A stretch of 57,212 nucleotides of DNA from an uncultured virus (IMG/VR IMGVR_UViG_3300029939_000002) (taxonomy: Duplodnaviria > Heunggongvirae > Uroviricota > Caudoviricetes), in the IMG/VR virus record IMGVR_UViG_3300029939_000002. One strand, given 5' to 3'. This document shows, in pieces, positions 1 to 10,343 of this stretch (the stretch's first letter is position 1; each line of letters starts with the position of its first letter). The notes beneath the pieces were generated by a model. That model was not told the DNA's origin. It was given only the letters and a program-made list of their open reading frames with translations, and made no database searches. Position numbers and translations under genes: made by a program.

Positions 1-1652
1 TGTATAATATTAAATTTACTATCATTAACAACATCTTCACCAATTTTACAAGCTTTAAGAACAATCTGATTACAAATGTCTCTAAACTTTGAATAGTGGT
101 CATTCTCATCAACATGTACATAGCTATCTGGAACGATATGTTCAATAACACCTTCTGTACCTTCACGACCAGTAGTTTTATATTCAGATTTTTTATTTAA
201 TTTTTCTTTCTCATTATGTAAAATTATTTTAACACGATACGGCTTTTTTGCCAGTAAACAAAAGCGATGAAAAGTAATACTTAGTTGTTCACCATCTATA
301 GTCACACCCCACAATGTCACAAAGTTATATACTTCTTCAATATATTGTTTATGTTTATAAAGTTCATCGCAGACATATTTATTACTAGTAATTTTAATAT
401 GTTTAAAATGATCTGTTTCGGATTTAAGTGTATGTATAGCTTCTTTAATCTTCAAATTTTCTTCATATTTAATTCTTTGATTCATATTAATTTCATCAAT
501 ATTTGCTTTAGTAAAATTAAAGTAAAATCTTGTACCCGCAATACATTCTTCAGATTTATCAAAATTTACATTATATCTAGCAATAGGATATGCAATATCA
601 TTAAGATAGAATTTCTTTTCAGCATAAATAGTAAGAGTTTTTAAGAGTTTAATAACTTTATTTAAATCAATGTTATTATCTTTTTCCATAATAAAAGTAG
701 TACCAGAAATAATATCACCTGAAGTAATGTTTTGAATATATTCTTCAGTTTTTTCACGAGCCACATTACAAATATTTTCGGTATATTCTTGTATCGTTGT
801 CATGCAGACCTCGTTGTCTTGTGTGTTATTAAACTTATTATTAGTGAATACAACAATACATGTAGCTTCGTTTATATTAAAAAGACTATAACCATATTTT
901 TCATTAATATAGTTAATAATATCTTTAGTAATACCAAATTTTTCTTTCTCTAACAATAGTTCTACTATCAATCCTGATTTAATTGTCAGTTTAGTCTTTC
1001 TTTTATTATATGCAGAAATAATAAAATCCGAAAGGCGTTTCAATGTATGTTCATAATTAGCTACATCATCAGTTGATTTTTCATTATATTTCTCAAACTG
1101 GAATATTACCCTAGTACCTTCAGTAATTGTTTTAATAAGTTTATATTCGACAACATTCAATTTAAACTCTTTATCAAAACATTTAAATGTGATATACTTA
1201 GTTGGGGGACAATCTGTTAATGCTTCACGAACATCCTTGAAAACTTTATTTTTCATATATTCATATACAGTAAATATCTTACCATCGCCATCAATAATAG
1301 CTTTAGAAATTTTACCATACAAATCAGTAACATATTGCATATGTAGGGTTTTTGCTTTTGCGGCACCGTATTTAATAGCATCAGGATTTATAGAAATAAG
1401 AATACGTTTTGACTCATGATAAATAGTGACATAGTCAACAAAAATATTACCTTCCAATCTACTAACAAGATCGTTTAGATATTTATCAATAGTATAAGTT
1501 TCTTTCATATATTTATCTAAATTTGGATAAAGGTCTTGTATAAGAATACTCTTTTTATAATCAACGATGTGACGTTTTGTATAAACATCAGTAATCTCAT
1601 TAATAATACGTACATATTCTGTTTTAATAATTTTAGATGATGAAAACTCCAT
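1..1652 (-). CDS. Large hypothetical protein, >550 aa, runs off the left edge of the window (MEFSSSKIIKTEYVRII...)
   Basis: ATG at 1652 overlaps the upstream gene's TAA (TAATG). The frame was open in the segments spot-checked. It is probably absent from the ORF track because no stop lies inside the window. Confidence 0.75.
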   Translation of the reverse strand, partial: MEFSSSKIIKTEYVRIINEITDVYTKRHIVDYKKSILIQDLYPNLDKYMKETYTIDKYLNDLVSRLEGNIFVDYVTIYHESKRILISINPDAIKYGAAKAKTLHMQYVTDLYGKISKAIIDGDGKIFTVYEYMKNKVFKDVREALTDCPPTKYITFKCFDKEFKLNVVEYKLIKTITEGTRVIFQFEKYNEKSTDDVANYEHTLKRLSDFIISAYNKRKTKLTIKSGLIVELLLEKEKFGITKDIINYINEKYGYSLFNINEATCIVVFTNNKFNNTQDNEVCMTTIQEYTENICNVAREKTEEYIQNITSGDIISGTTFIMEKDNNIDLNKVIKLLKTLTIYAEKKFYLNDIAYPIARYNVNFDKSEECIAGTRFYFNFTKANIDEINMNQRIKYEENLKIKEAIHTLKSETDHFKHIKITSNKYVCDELYKHKQYIEEVYNFVTLWGVTIDGEQLSITFHRFCLLAKKPYRVKIILHNEKEKLNKKSEYKTTGREGTEGVIEHIVPDSYVHVDENDHYSKFRDICNQIVLKACKIGEDVVNDSKFNII

Positions 1653-2209
1653 TACAGATCCTCCATGGAAAAACGTGTATATTTAATTTTCTCAACATAT
1701 ATAAACATACGAATAAAGTCTATGATATCTTTAATAACAAATACTGGAATAAATATAATAAAAACTACTAAACCAATAATACTTGTTGTATGAGAATATG
1801 TTCTAGAAATGTATAAATTCAAAGATACACCAAATTTAAATTTCTTATATGAATTATCTACTTTATCTGAAATAAATGTTAATCTCGTAAATCCAATAAT
1901 GTATCCTATTTTCTGTAGTAGAATGAGACTCAATAAAACAAATTCACCAACCATAACACTAAATAAAGATACAATATATGCCGGAATGTGTGTAGATTTA
2001 AAAGTATTTCTAATAGTTTTAATTAAAAACTCCATATTAATACCATAAGGAATACCGCCATATTTAATAAGTTCATTCATATAACTACTAATAGTTTCAA
2101 CTTCTTTTTCATCGATATCGAGTTTACCAATTATATAATTCGATAAATCAATATCTCCCGTAATTTCTTTTGTACGATGTTTAAAAACTAACCATTTTGA
2201 AAAAGCCAT
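1652..2209 (-). CDS. Hypothetical membrane protein
   Basis: 185-aa ORF with two hydrophobic segments and an AAGGA SD. Confidence 0.7.
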   Translation of the reverse strand: MAFSKWLVFKHRTKEITGDIDLSNYIIGKLDIDEKEVETISSYMNELIKYGGIPYGINMEFLIKTIRNTFKSTHIPAYIVSLFSVMVGEFVLLSLILLQKIGYIIGFTRLTFISDKVDNSYKKFKFGVSLNLYISRTYSHTTSIIGLVVFIIFIPVFVIKDIIDFIRMFIYVEKIKYTRFSMEDL

Positions 2210-2265
2210 AGTTTGTCCTTTCTTTTGATAAACATATTTATAGGGCTAGGTTAAAATTTATTAGG

Positions 2266-2883
2266 GTGATAATTAAGATGACAGAAAAAGTAAATTATAG
2301 AATTTTCTCTATAGATCCTGGATTAAGAAATCTTGGATGGAGTGTCATCGATTACAATATTAAGAAAGGCACTGAAACAGTATATGCTTATGGAACATTA
2401 ACTGCAAAATCATTATTAAAAGCTAAAACTGATGAAGATAAATTAGTTATTAGTGAATTCGGAGAACGATACTTTGTTCTTTCTAGTTTAGAAATTGCTT
2501 TAAATAAAATGTTTAGTATGTATGGGCCAGACTACGTTTGTTGTGAAGGTGCATTTGCTCATAAATTCATTGATGCATTTAGTGTCCTTGTATTGATCAT
2601 TCATCTTATTCGTAGATTATCTCACAAACACGTTAAAAAGAATATTGTAACTATTGCTCCTAGAGAAGTAAAGAAATGTATTTCTAATAGTGGTGGATCT
2701 GATAAAGATACTGTTCAGTATTGTGTTCTTAATAATAAAGATATTATCATTAGAGATACTAAAGCAAATCCTATCAAATTACTAACTGAACACGAAGCTG
2801 ATGCTATTGCTATTGGCCATACATTTATTAAGATATATTTAGACGATCTTATCTTAGCAGAATCTGTACGAGCTAAAAACTAA
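2266..2883 (+). CDS. ruvC: RuvC-like Holliday junction resolvase (start probably ATG 2278)
   Basis: Catalytic motifs SIDPGLRNLGW, CCEGAF, K..V and HEADAIAIG. Confidence 0.9.
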   Translation: MIIKMTEKVNYRIFSIDPGLRNLGWSVIDYNIKKGTETVYAYGTLTAKSLLKAKTDEDKLVISEFGERYFVLSSLEIALNKMFSMYGPDYVCCEGAFAHKFIDAFSVLVLIIHLIRRLSHKHVKKNIVTIAPREVKKCISNSGGSDKDTVQYCVLNNKDIIIRDTKANPIKLLTEHEADAIAIGHTFIKIYLDDLILAESVRAKN

Positions 2884-2888
2884 AAATG

Positions 2889-2919
2889 ACATACGAGGAG
2901 CCAGTGGCTCCTCGTATGT
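2889..2919. terminator. Palindromic hairpin between convergent genes
   Basis: ACATACGAGGAGCCA-g-TGGCTCCTCGTATGT. Confidence 0.75.
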
Positions 2920-2939
2920 TCAAAGCCGATGACGTCGGC

Positions 2940-3443
2940 TTAACCCAGGAGCGTGGCGATACGATTCGAGAATGAAGCCACATTGTCCTTGTCGATGGCG
3001 GCATCGAAGTTGACTTCGACGGCTGCCCGGCCATAGACAGCTTTCGTTTCGCCAGTGCGAGGATTGCGCGAGGTCGATTCGGCACGAACGATCGCAGCAA
3101 CAGATCCGCCCGGAATGGCGATGCGTGCACGATAGGTCAATTCAGACGGATCGATACCGTCCTTCTTGGCTTCTTCGATCTTGGGAATAAGTCCGGTGCC
3201 GGCCATGGTGATAGCGGCATTCGAGAGGTCGCCGATGGTGTCATTGACCTGCTTGAACATGCCGGCATCGGTCCCGGTCACAGCTTCGACGATGGGAGCG
3301 GCGGCACCCCAGGCAACGACAGTGCTCTTGTCACCAGCCTTGGCGAGCTCAGTCAGCTTTTCAGCCAGCTCCACATAACGGGGTTTGGTGGTGACTTCCT
3401 TGATGGTGACTTCCTTGGTGGTAACTTCAGCGGTCTTAGTCAT
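2940..3443 (-). CDS. Putative HU/IHF-arm-like DNA-binding protein, GC-rich codons
   Basis: SRNPRTGE motif resembles the HU/IHF beta-ribbon arm tip; KEVT repeats at the N-terminus; early promoter motif upstream. Confidence 0.5.
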   Translation of the reverse strand: MTKTAEVTTKEVTIKEVTTKPRYVELAEKLTELAKAGDKSTVVAWGAAAPIVEAVTGTDAGMFKQVNDTIGDLSNAAITMAGTGLIPKIEEAKKDGIDPSELTYRARIAIPGGSVAAIVRAESTSRNPRTGETKAVYGRAAVEVNFDAAIDKDNVASFSNRIATLLG

Positions 3444-3499
3444 GTCTAACTCCGATTGATATATCTAAAAAGGAACTTCTGTTGAAATGCTCCTTATGA

Positions 3500-3507
3500 G
3501 TAATATA
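3500..3507 (-). promoter_or_regulatory. phiKZ-type early promoter motif TATATTAC
   Basis: Motif recurs upstream of many minus-strand units. Confidence 0.7.
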
Positions 3508-3629
3508 TATTTGTAACATCACCCATTTTTGGAACATTCTTATAAAATAAAGAAATTAAGTATTTTAATAAAAGTTACATATTAATAAATAGGTTCATTT
3601 TATAACTTCCTTTCAAAGAAAGGTTTGTT

Positions 3630-6188
3630 ATGAAAATAACAAGACTTATAATACATAAGTTAATTATGTTTAGATTTACTGGAATTGAAACACTTGATAT
3701 TACATTTGAAGAATTAGTTCAAATTATTATTAGTCCAAATGGTCATGGTAAAACATCATTGTTAAAAGAATGTAACTTAAGACCGTCTGTAAAAACAAAT
3801 TATTATGAAGATGGATATAGAAAAATATATGCTACCGATGACCATGGAGAAGATTACATTTTAACATCAGACTATAAGAAAAAGACATCTCCTCATTCTT
3901 TCTATAAAATTAGTACAGATGAAGAATTAAATGAAAGTGGGAATACGAGTATCCAAGAAGAGTTAGTAGAACAATATTTTGGTTATTCTAAAAATGTACA
4001 TGATTTATGTTATCTAAATTATAAAGTAAGCGGCATGGCTCCCGGTAATTTAAAAACATTTCTAATGATCATAAATCCATGTAATCTAAAATTCATTTTT
4101 GACTATTATAAAAAAGTAACCGGTCAAATAAGATCTTGTCAGAATAATCTATCATCTTTATATTCTAGGAAAAATGCATTAGAACAACAATTGTTATCTG
4201 AAGAGATTTATAATAGTTTAATAGAAGAGAATAAACAACTTGTTAATGATATTCCAAATCAAATTACAACTATTGCTAGATTAGAATCTAAAATAGATGA
4301 GTACATTAAAGAAAAGAATAATATCAATATTGGTACTATAGACTTGAACTCTCTTAATAAAAGACTACTGTCATATAGAAAATGGTTTTCTGAATTTAAA
4401 CAATTTATTAATGTAGATATCAATATATTAGAAACCGATACAAATATGAATATTAATAAACTAACGACACAGAAAGAAACTTTAGAACAAGATTTAATGG
4501 AACTTGTTAAAGATTATGAACAATGTCAGACATATATAAAAGAACATGAAGACACTACACTCATTATCGATACTGAAGATAAACTTGTTTATTTAAAAGG
4601 CAGATTTGATTTATTAAAGAATTATAAAACTATAGAAAATCCTATTTCTGAAGACTTATTAGAATTTACACAAGATCATATCGATATACTAGAAAATCAT
4701 CTTCAATATTTCATTGAATACAAAGGTCCGTTGTTTACAAATGTAGATATTCTTAGATATAAACAAAAACTAGACAAATGGTCTTTGAAATCTGCTTCTT
4801 ATAGTTCTAAGCTTATTCAATGTTTAGAAAAAGAAAATTATCTTAAAGAAAGAATGCAGAGATATGAAATAGGAATACCACAAGACTGTAAATTATCTGG
4901 TTGTCAACTCTTTAAAATGTATATGACGTCTTATGATGAATATAAAGTTCAAGATGATAAAAACATAAAAGATATGCATATATTTAATCATAGATTAAAT
5001 AGACTTAAAAACTACTTAGTTCATCTTAACATTAAGATTAGAAACATGGAAATAGTATTTGAAAATATTAAGTCTGTCATGAACTATCTGAACGAATATA
5101 GATACTTACGTACTACTATACAAGATGTCAATATTAAAGAAGTTTTAAATACAAATCCACTAATCATTACTAGTAAAATATATAACCATTTCTTAAATTC
5201 TAAACATTATTATGAATTTAAGAAAATAGAAAAAGAATATAATGAGACACTTGACTTAAAACTAAAAATAGAACAATCTAAATCTATTAGTATTGAATTT
5301 ATGGAAAAGTTATCAATAGAGAAATCTATGAAGATACAAGAGAACAAAAACATATTTTTTAAACTCAATACTGAAATATCAAATAAGAAAGAAGAACTAT
5401 TATTAATACAGAAATATAAAGAAATTATGAACTTTATAGAGACTTCAAAAGATCTTATAAAAACTTATGAAAGAAATACTACTCTCGAATTTGAAATATT
5501 GTTAAACAAAAAATTATTAGAGTTTGAAATAGAAAGAAAAAATAATAATGTTCAAAGATTAGGTGAAATTAGTAGTATTATTAGTAAACAAGAAAATATC
5601 AATGCACGATACTCAGAAGAGATATTAGTTTCAATCAGTAAGATTGAAGAAAGAAAAGCTTTATATATTGAATTTGAAAAGATACTTTCTCCTAATATGG
5701 GTATACCGCACGAGTATACTGTTGATTTTATAAATGGTGTTTTGGAAAATGCTAATTTCTTTATTCAGTATATTTCAGCATATCCCTTAGAGTTTAAAGT
5801 AATTGATATGAATGATCCGTTAGATTATGTTTTGTATATTAATATTGGTGATCAAGATGAACCTAATGAGATTGGTAATTGTTCTGATGGACAAAAAGCT
5901 ATATTAGATCTTTGTTTTATATTAGGATTAGCTGTTAAGTTAGAGCTTAGTACATTTCCTTTATATCTCGATGAGATAGATAGGCCTTTAGATGTTTATC
6001 ATAAACAAAAGTTATTAACATTATTAAACACTATCATAGATGAACACATTGTTGGTCAATTGTTTATGATCAATCATCATGCTATTGTTAGTGATGGTAT
6101 TTCGAATTCTAATGTTATTGTTTTAAATGATACTAATATTTTAGTACCTGAAGTTTATAATGAACATGTTAAAATTGATAGATTGTAA
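3630..6188 (+). CDS. sbcC: SbcC/Rad50-like SMC-family ATPase
   Basis: Walker A SPNGHGKTS, long coiled coils with central Cys pair (DCKLSGC), signature CSDGQK, Walker B/D-loop LYLDEIDRPLD, H-switch INHH. Confidence 0.9.
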   Translation: MKITRLIIHKLIMFRFTGIETLDITFEELVQIIISPNGHGKTSLLKECNLRPSVKTNYYEDGYRKIYATDDHGEDYILTSDYKKKTSPHSFYKISTDEELNESGNTSIQEELVEQYFGYSKNVHDLCYLNYKVSGMAPGNLKTFLMIINPCNLKFIFDYYKKVTGQIRSCQNNLSSLYSRKNALEQQLLSEEIYNSLIEENKQLVNDIPNQITTIARLESKIDEYIKEKNNINIGTIDLNSLNKRLLSYRKWFSEFKQFINVDINILETDTNMNINKLTTQKETLEQDLMELVKDYEQCQTYIKEHEDTTLIIDTEDKLVYLKGRFDLLKNYKTIENPISEDLLEFTQDHIDILENHLQYFIEYKGPLFTNVDILRYKQKLDKWSLKSASYSSKLIQCLEKENYLKERMQRYEIGIPQDCKLSGCQLFKMYMTSYDEYKVQDDKNIKDMHIFNHRLNRLKNYLVHLNIKIRNMEIVFENIKSVMNYLNEYRYLRTTIQDVNIKEVLNTNPLIITSKIYNHFLNSKHYYEFKKIEKEYNETLDLKLKIEQSKSISIEFMEKLSIEKSMKIQENKNIFFKLNTEISNKKEELLLIQKYKEIMNFIETSKDLIKTYERNTTLEFEILLNKKLLEFEIERKNNNVQRLGEISSIISKQENINARYSEEILVSISKIEERKALYIEFEKILSPNMGIPHEYTVDFINGVLENANFFIQYISAYPLEFKVIDMNDPLDYVLYINIGDQDEPNEIGNCSDGQKAILDLCFILGLAVKLELSTFPLYLDEIDRPLDVYHKQKLLTLLNTIIDEHIVGQLFMINHHAIVSDGISNSNVIVLNDTNILVPEVYNEHVKIDRL

Positions 6189-6203
6189 AATATATAAGCG
6201 ATA

Positions 6204-6235
6204 TGCAGAGAGGAGCCATATGGCTCCTCTCTGCA
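6204..6235. terminator. Perfect 32-bp palindrome between convergent genes
   Basis: TGCAGAGAGGAGCCATATGGCTCCTCTCTGCA. Confidence 0.75.
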
Positions 6236-6275
6236 CACAGCTAGCTTCGGAGAATAATAACCTATTATCTATAAC

Positions 6276-7277
6276 TTATTTAATACTGTCTATTTTAGCT
6301 TCAACAGTCTGATCTTCAGGAGAAAGATTACTCTTCGTCACTTTAGACTTAACCCAATTATACATCTTTAACACAAATCTACCAGCACTAGCAAAAACAC
6401 CTTTAACCTTTTTAAATGCATTCTCTAAGATATTTAAAATACGTTTAAATAAACTTCTCTTCTTATCTTTATCTTTACCATCGCCATCATCAACTTTCTT
6501 TAACTGCGATTCGACATTAGAAGCAACATCCTTGATTTTGTCTGTTGTAGATTTAGCAGCTTTGGTAGCATCCTGAGCCGAACGAACAGAAGAACTAACT
6601 TCAGATCCGTTCTTTAACTCTTTCTTGCCCTTATTTGCCTCATCTACACCATTCATATTATTTTCGATTTTAGCTATCTTAGCTTCAGCAGCTTCAGGAT
6701 CGGTATCTACTGTAGCAGCAGCATCTTGTGCCATACCAACATAATTAGAAACTTGTCTAGCAATATTAACACCATTAACAACCATAGAAGCCACAGATAT
6801 AGCAGACGAAATAGCAGCAAACTGTGGACTAAATCCTAAAGCTTTAACACCATAACTAATAATCACGCCAGATAATCCACCCATAACACCAGAAGCCGTA
6901 GAAACAACTTTAGCGAATGGATCAAAAAATCTGGTTAACAATCCTGAAGACTGATTTGACATAGATTCTAGTGCACTATGAACAGTTTTATAAATATCAT
7001 CTTTATTATAAATAGCAAAGTTTTCTAAAGAAGGAACCCTAGTTAAAACACTAGGATCTAAGAACGAAATCATACTTTCATTAAATGTATTATTCTCTAA
7101 GGCATGTCTCATATTTCTTAATGTCACGATCTGTCGTTCAAGATGTTCAAAAGCAACAAGAGAAGTTTTATCTATATTCATATCTTCAAGTAGATTAAGA
7201 TTAACTTCGAGTGTACTGATTCGTTTTACCGGGAGACTTAGATCTTCCAAGCCTCCCCAGACGGAAGATAATGTCAC
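6276..7277 (-). CDS. Putative virion internal head protein (paralogue 1)
   Basis: SVWGGLE N-terminus; multiple GLE/AFE/ALE/SLE sites in the first ~105 aa, followed by hydrophobic helices. Confidence 0.7.
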   Translation of the reverse strand: MTLSSVWGGLEDLSLPVKRISTLEVNLNLLEDMNIDKTSLVAFEHLERQIVTLRNMRHALENNTFNESMISFLDPSVLTRVPSLENFAIYNKDDIYKTVHSALESMSNQSSGLLTRFFDPFAKVVSTASGVMGGLSGVIISYGVKALGFSPQFAAISSAISVASMVVNGVNIARQVSNYVGMAQDAAATVDTDPEAAEAKIAKIENNMNGVDEANKGKKELKNGSEVSSSVRSAQDATKAAKSTTDKIKDVASNVESQLKKVDDGDGKDKDKKRSLFKRILNILENAFKKVKGVFASAGRFVLKMYNWVKSKVTKSNLSPEDQTVEAKIDSIK

Positions 7278-7380
7278 AATCTAGACTCCCCTTCGGAATT
7301 CAGAAGAAACATCTATAGTATTTTATTAAGATAAGTTAACTGATAGATAGCCCATAATGGGCTATCTATCATGTCACACA

Positions 7381-8388
7381 TTAATCAAGCTTTTTGATAG
7401 CTACATCGCCTTTATCTGTAGTACTCTTATTTGCATCTTTTCCCATAACTTTATTATAAACAGATTTTACAAAATTATAAGACTTAACAACACCAGACTT
7501 ACAGAATTCATAAAGCTTATTTAAAAACCCTAAGATCTTCTGATATACTTTACGGATCTTGGATTGTTTTTCGGTATCTTCTATACTTTTCTTAGCCTCA
7601 AGATTAGACACTCTAACTTCAACCTTTTTAACTAAACTATTAATCATTTCCATATTATTTTTAGATTCATCTACAACCTTCTCAGCATCCTTCATAGCTG
7701 TTTTAATATCTTTAGTACCACCAGTAGGTTTAGATTTTTTAGCATTATCAAAATTATTAATAAGATTATCCATTTCAGTATCATAACTACCAGGATCTTT
7801 TTCAGCATTGTCAATAGCTTCGTTGGTTTTGGTACTATAGTGTTTAAAGAGTCTAAAGATACCAACAAAGAAATAGATACCAGATACTATACGCAATACA
7901 AGAGCGGCCCCGACGGCTGTTCCAATTAAGGTAGGATTAAATTTGTTAGAAGTCAAACCATTGGTCATTGCAGCAATAGCAGTTCTAGCCACAAGCATTG
8001 ATGTGATACCTAATAAGATATGTTCTTTAAAGGCTTTAGCAAATATTTTAAGATGTTCCCAAACTTTCTCAACAAATCCTTCAATAGCACCATCTACTTC
8101 GGCAATAGACTGATCCTTTACAGTATCAGAATAATTTTCTAAAGCAAATAACTTACGAGAAAGATGAGTAGGGAGATAAGATTCCATGCCAGAAACATAT
8201 TTACCATCTTTAATAGCTTTAGAAGCATTCTGTAAAACTGAAATATTATCTTCAAGATGCTCAATAGCAATAATATTCGTAAGATCCATATATGAATTAT
8301 CTAATAGATTAACAGCAACATCGATAGTACTTACATTTGGAGTATGAGAAATACTCTCAACTCCAGCCCATATAGATCCAATTGACAT
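7381..8388 (-). CDS. Putative virion internal head protein (paralogue 2)
   Basis: SIWAGVE N-terminus; AIE/GME/ALE sites followed by TM-like segments. Confidence 0.7.
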   Translation of the reverse strand: MSIGSIWAGVESISHTPNVSTIDVAVNLLDNSYMDLTNIIAIEHLEDNISVLQNASKAIKDGKYVSGMESYLPTHLSRKLFALENYSDTVKDQSIAEVDGAIEGFVEKVWEHLKIFAKAFKEHILLGITSMLVARTAIAAMTNGLTSNKFNPTLIGTAVGAALVLRIVSGIYFFVGIFRLFKHYSTKTNEAIDNAEKDPGSYDTEMDNLINNFDNAKKSKPTGGTKDIKTAMKDAEKVVDESKNNMEMINSLVKKVEVRVSNLEAKKSIEDTEKQSKIRKVYQKILGFLNKLYEFCKSGVVKSYNFVKSVYNKVMGKDANKSTTDKGDVAIKKLD

Positions 8389-8469
8389 TTACTTATATCC
8401 TTTCTTTAAAAAGGAAGACTAGAGGGTTTTACCCCTCCAGTCTCTCTTCGAAAATGCCGGCCTTATGAC

Positions 8470-9447
8470 TTAAGCACTGGCCGCCGCGCCAGCGATCTTG
8501 CCCTTGGTCTCGGCACGAGCTTCCTTGCTGGACAGCTGGCTCCACAACCACTTGGCAGCACCGCTGACCTTGGCGAAGCCGGAGACGATCAGATGACCGA
8601 AGCTCTTCAGAACAGCCAGGATCATGTTCCAAGCACCACGAGCGGCGGTGGCGTTGGCGCCGGGGTCCTTGGCATTGATGTTCTTGTCGCAGAGCGCTTC
8701 GATCTTGGCGATATCGGCCTTGGCGAAGTTCGATTCTTTGGCGGCCGCAATGGTGGCAGCTTTGTAATCGATCAGCTCTTTCTGAGCAGCGGCAGCATCC
8801 AGATGGACCTGAGTCAGTTCCATCTTTTCGCCGGCGATGATCTTGCTGGCGTTCTCGGCACAGGTCTTGGCGGCAGCAGGATTGTCCTTGGCCAGGGCGG
8901 CAGCACGATTCAGCTCAGCACGCGAACGACGAATGCACTCCAGCCAATTCTTGACGGCCTGGACGCCGGGGATCTTGACGGCCTTCTTGCCAACCCAGGT
9001 CGCAACGTTGCGGCCAGTTTCGGTCTTGAATCCGGCGATGACAGCGGCGGTAGTGGCAATGGCAATGGCGGCGCCGATGTACCACTTCTTGTACTTGACC
9101 ACATGTTCCTTGGCAGCCTGCCACCAACGAGAGGCCGTCTCCTTGATCTTCTCGCCAAGGCCTTCCAGGGCAGCGGCCTTGTTGAACGCACCAGATTCCA
9201 GGCCGGCGACGCTGCCGAAGACGTTCGGATAAAGAGTTTCCATGCCACCGATTGACTTGCCGGCCTTGATCTGCCCATAGGCATGCTTCATCACGTCGAT
9301 CTGTGAGCTCAGCGACTCCATGGCGAAAGCCGAAGACATGTCACAGGAAGTGTTGCCGAGCATATTGATGGTAGCGTCGATCGCACTGATCGACTTAACG
9401 GCAGTACCGAAGGACTCGGTGCCGGCCCAAACTGAATTGATAGCCAT
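8470..9447 (-). CDS. Putative abundant virion internal head protein (paralogue 3), GC-rich codons
   Basis: MAINSVWAGTE start with AAGGA SD; AME/GME/GLE/ALE sites; TM-like WYIGAAIAIATTAAVIAGF. Confidence 0.75.
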   Translation of the reverse strand: MAINSVWAGTESFGTAVKSISAIDATINMLGNTSCDMSSAFAMESLSSQIDVMKHAYGQIKAGKSIGGMETLYPNVFGSVAGLESGAFNKAAALEGLGEKIKETASRWWQAAKEHVVKYKKWYIGAAIAIATTAAVIAGFKTETGRNVATWVGKKAVKIPGVQAVKNWLECIRRSRAELNRAAALAKDNPAAAKTCAENASKIIAGEKMELTQVHLDAAAAQKELIDYKAATIAAAKESNFAKADIAKIEALCDKNINAKDPGANATAARGAWNMILAVLKSFGHLIVSGFAKVSGAAKWLWSQLSSKEARAETKGKIAGAAASA

Positions 9448-9520
9448 CGTAAATTTCCTTGAAGAAGTTGTTGGATGCATACAACAGAGTAGCAATCTAG
9501 ATTGCCATTTCTCTATATTA

Positions 9521-10285
9521 TTATTTACCAACACGTCCTTTTAGTTTAGCAGTCTTTCTAAACTTAAAGAATAGTGGGTGTTTTTCGATGAGATGTCTAA
9601 AATGAACCGCATTGCAAGGGACCATATCTTTTGGAAGTTCTGACATATTAATAAGAGTATTAATAATAGATTCCATATCTTTACACATAGTTGCCATTTC
9701 AATATATAGCTTCTGATGTATCTTTGCAATTTCTCTAACAGCAACAGTCTGTGCTTCATTAAGACCATTAATTCTAGTAGATCCTTCAAAAATACCAAGT
9801 CCGGTTGTAACAGTCTTTTCGATAATAGAAGGAGAAGGGCCATCTAATGACGACTGAGCTTTTCCAAATCCATCATCTTCATATATGAAATCACTTAAAG
9901 GAAATTCAGTAGCAATGTCTTCAGCTGATTTATCTTCTTCAATAGGATTAATTTCACTCAAGATTAATTTATCTTCTTTAGAACTACCATTCGTCCAAAC
10001 TTCAGGAAGGTCTATTACTGTTTTAGATATATCAGAAGGAGATTTATAAATTATTTCACAATCTGATACATCTAAATGTGTAATTTCAGTTACAACATTT
10101 TCATCAACAAGTTCTTCTTCAGAATCGTCTTCAATAACAACAGGCCATTCAACAATAACTTCTTTATCGACAACTTCGCGATCGGTTGTTTCTTCATTCG
10201 CTAATGTATTCATTTCAGCACTGTCACTTTCTTGTTTATCATTGGGCATTTCTGCCCAAACACTCACGAGTCCATTATTAGACAT
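9521..10285 (-). CDS. Acidic hypothetical protein
   Basis: 254-aa ORF, D/E-rich N-terminal half; has an SVWA motif like its neighbours. Confidence 0.7.
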   Translation of the reverse strand: MSNNGLVSVWAEMPNDKQESDSAEMNTLANEETTDREVVDKEVIVEWPVVIEDDSEEELVDENVVTEITHLDVSDCEIIYKSPSDISKTVIDLPEVWTNGSSKEDKLILSEINPIEEDKSAEDIATEFPLSDFIYEDDGFGKAQSSLDGPSPSIIEKTVTTGLGIFEGSTRINGLNEAQTVAVREIAKIHQKLYIEMATMCKDMESIINTLINMSELPKDMVPCNAVHFRHLIEKHPLFFKFRKTAKLKGRVGK

Positions 10286-10343
10286 AGCGCAGTCTCTCTT
10301 GTGTAAAAGATCTACACTATGTCTATTTGATTTAATTTTATAT

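Noticed and set aside
8593..9284. Overlapping ORFs (8593-9255 +, 8837-9232 +, 8910-9284 -) and similar ones at 17427-18248 and 43965-44693
   Set aside because: Shadow frames of GC-rich, codon-biased real genes; no SD and no protein-like motifs.
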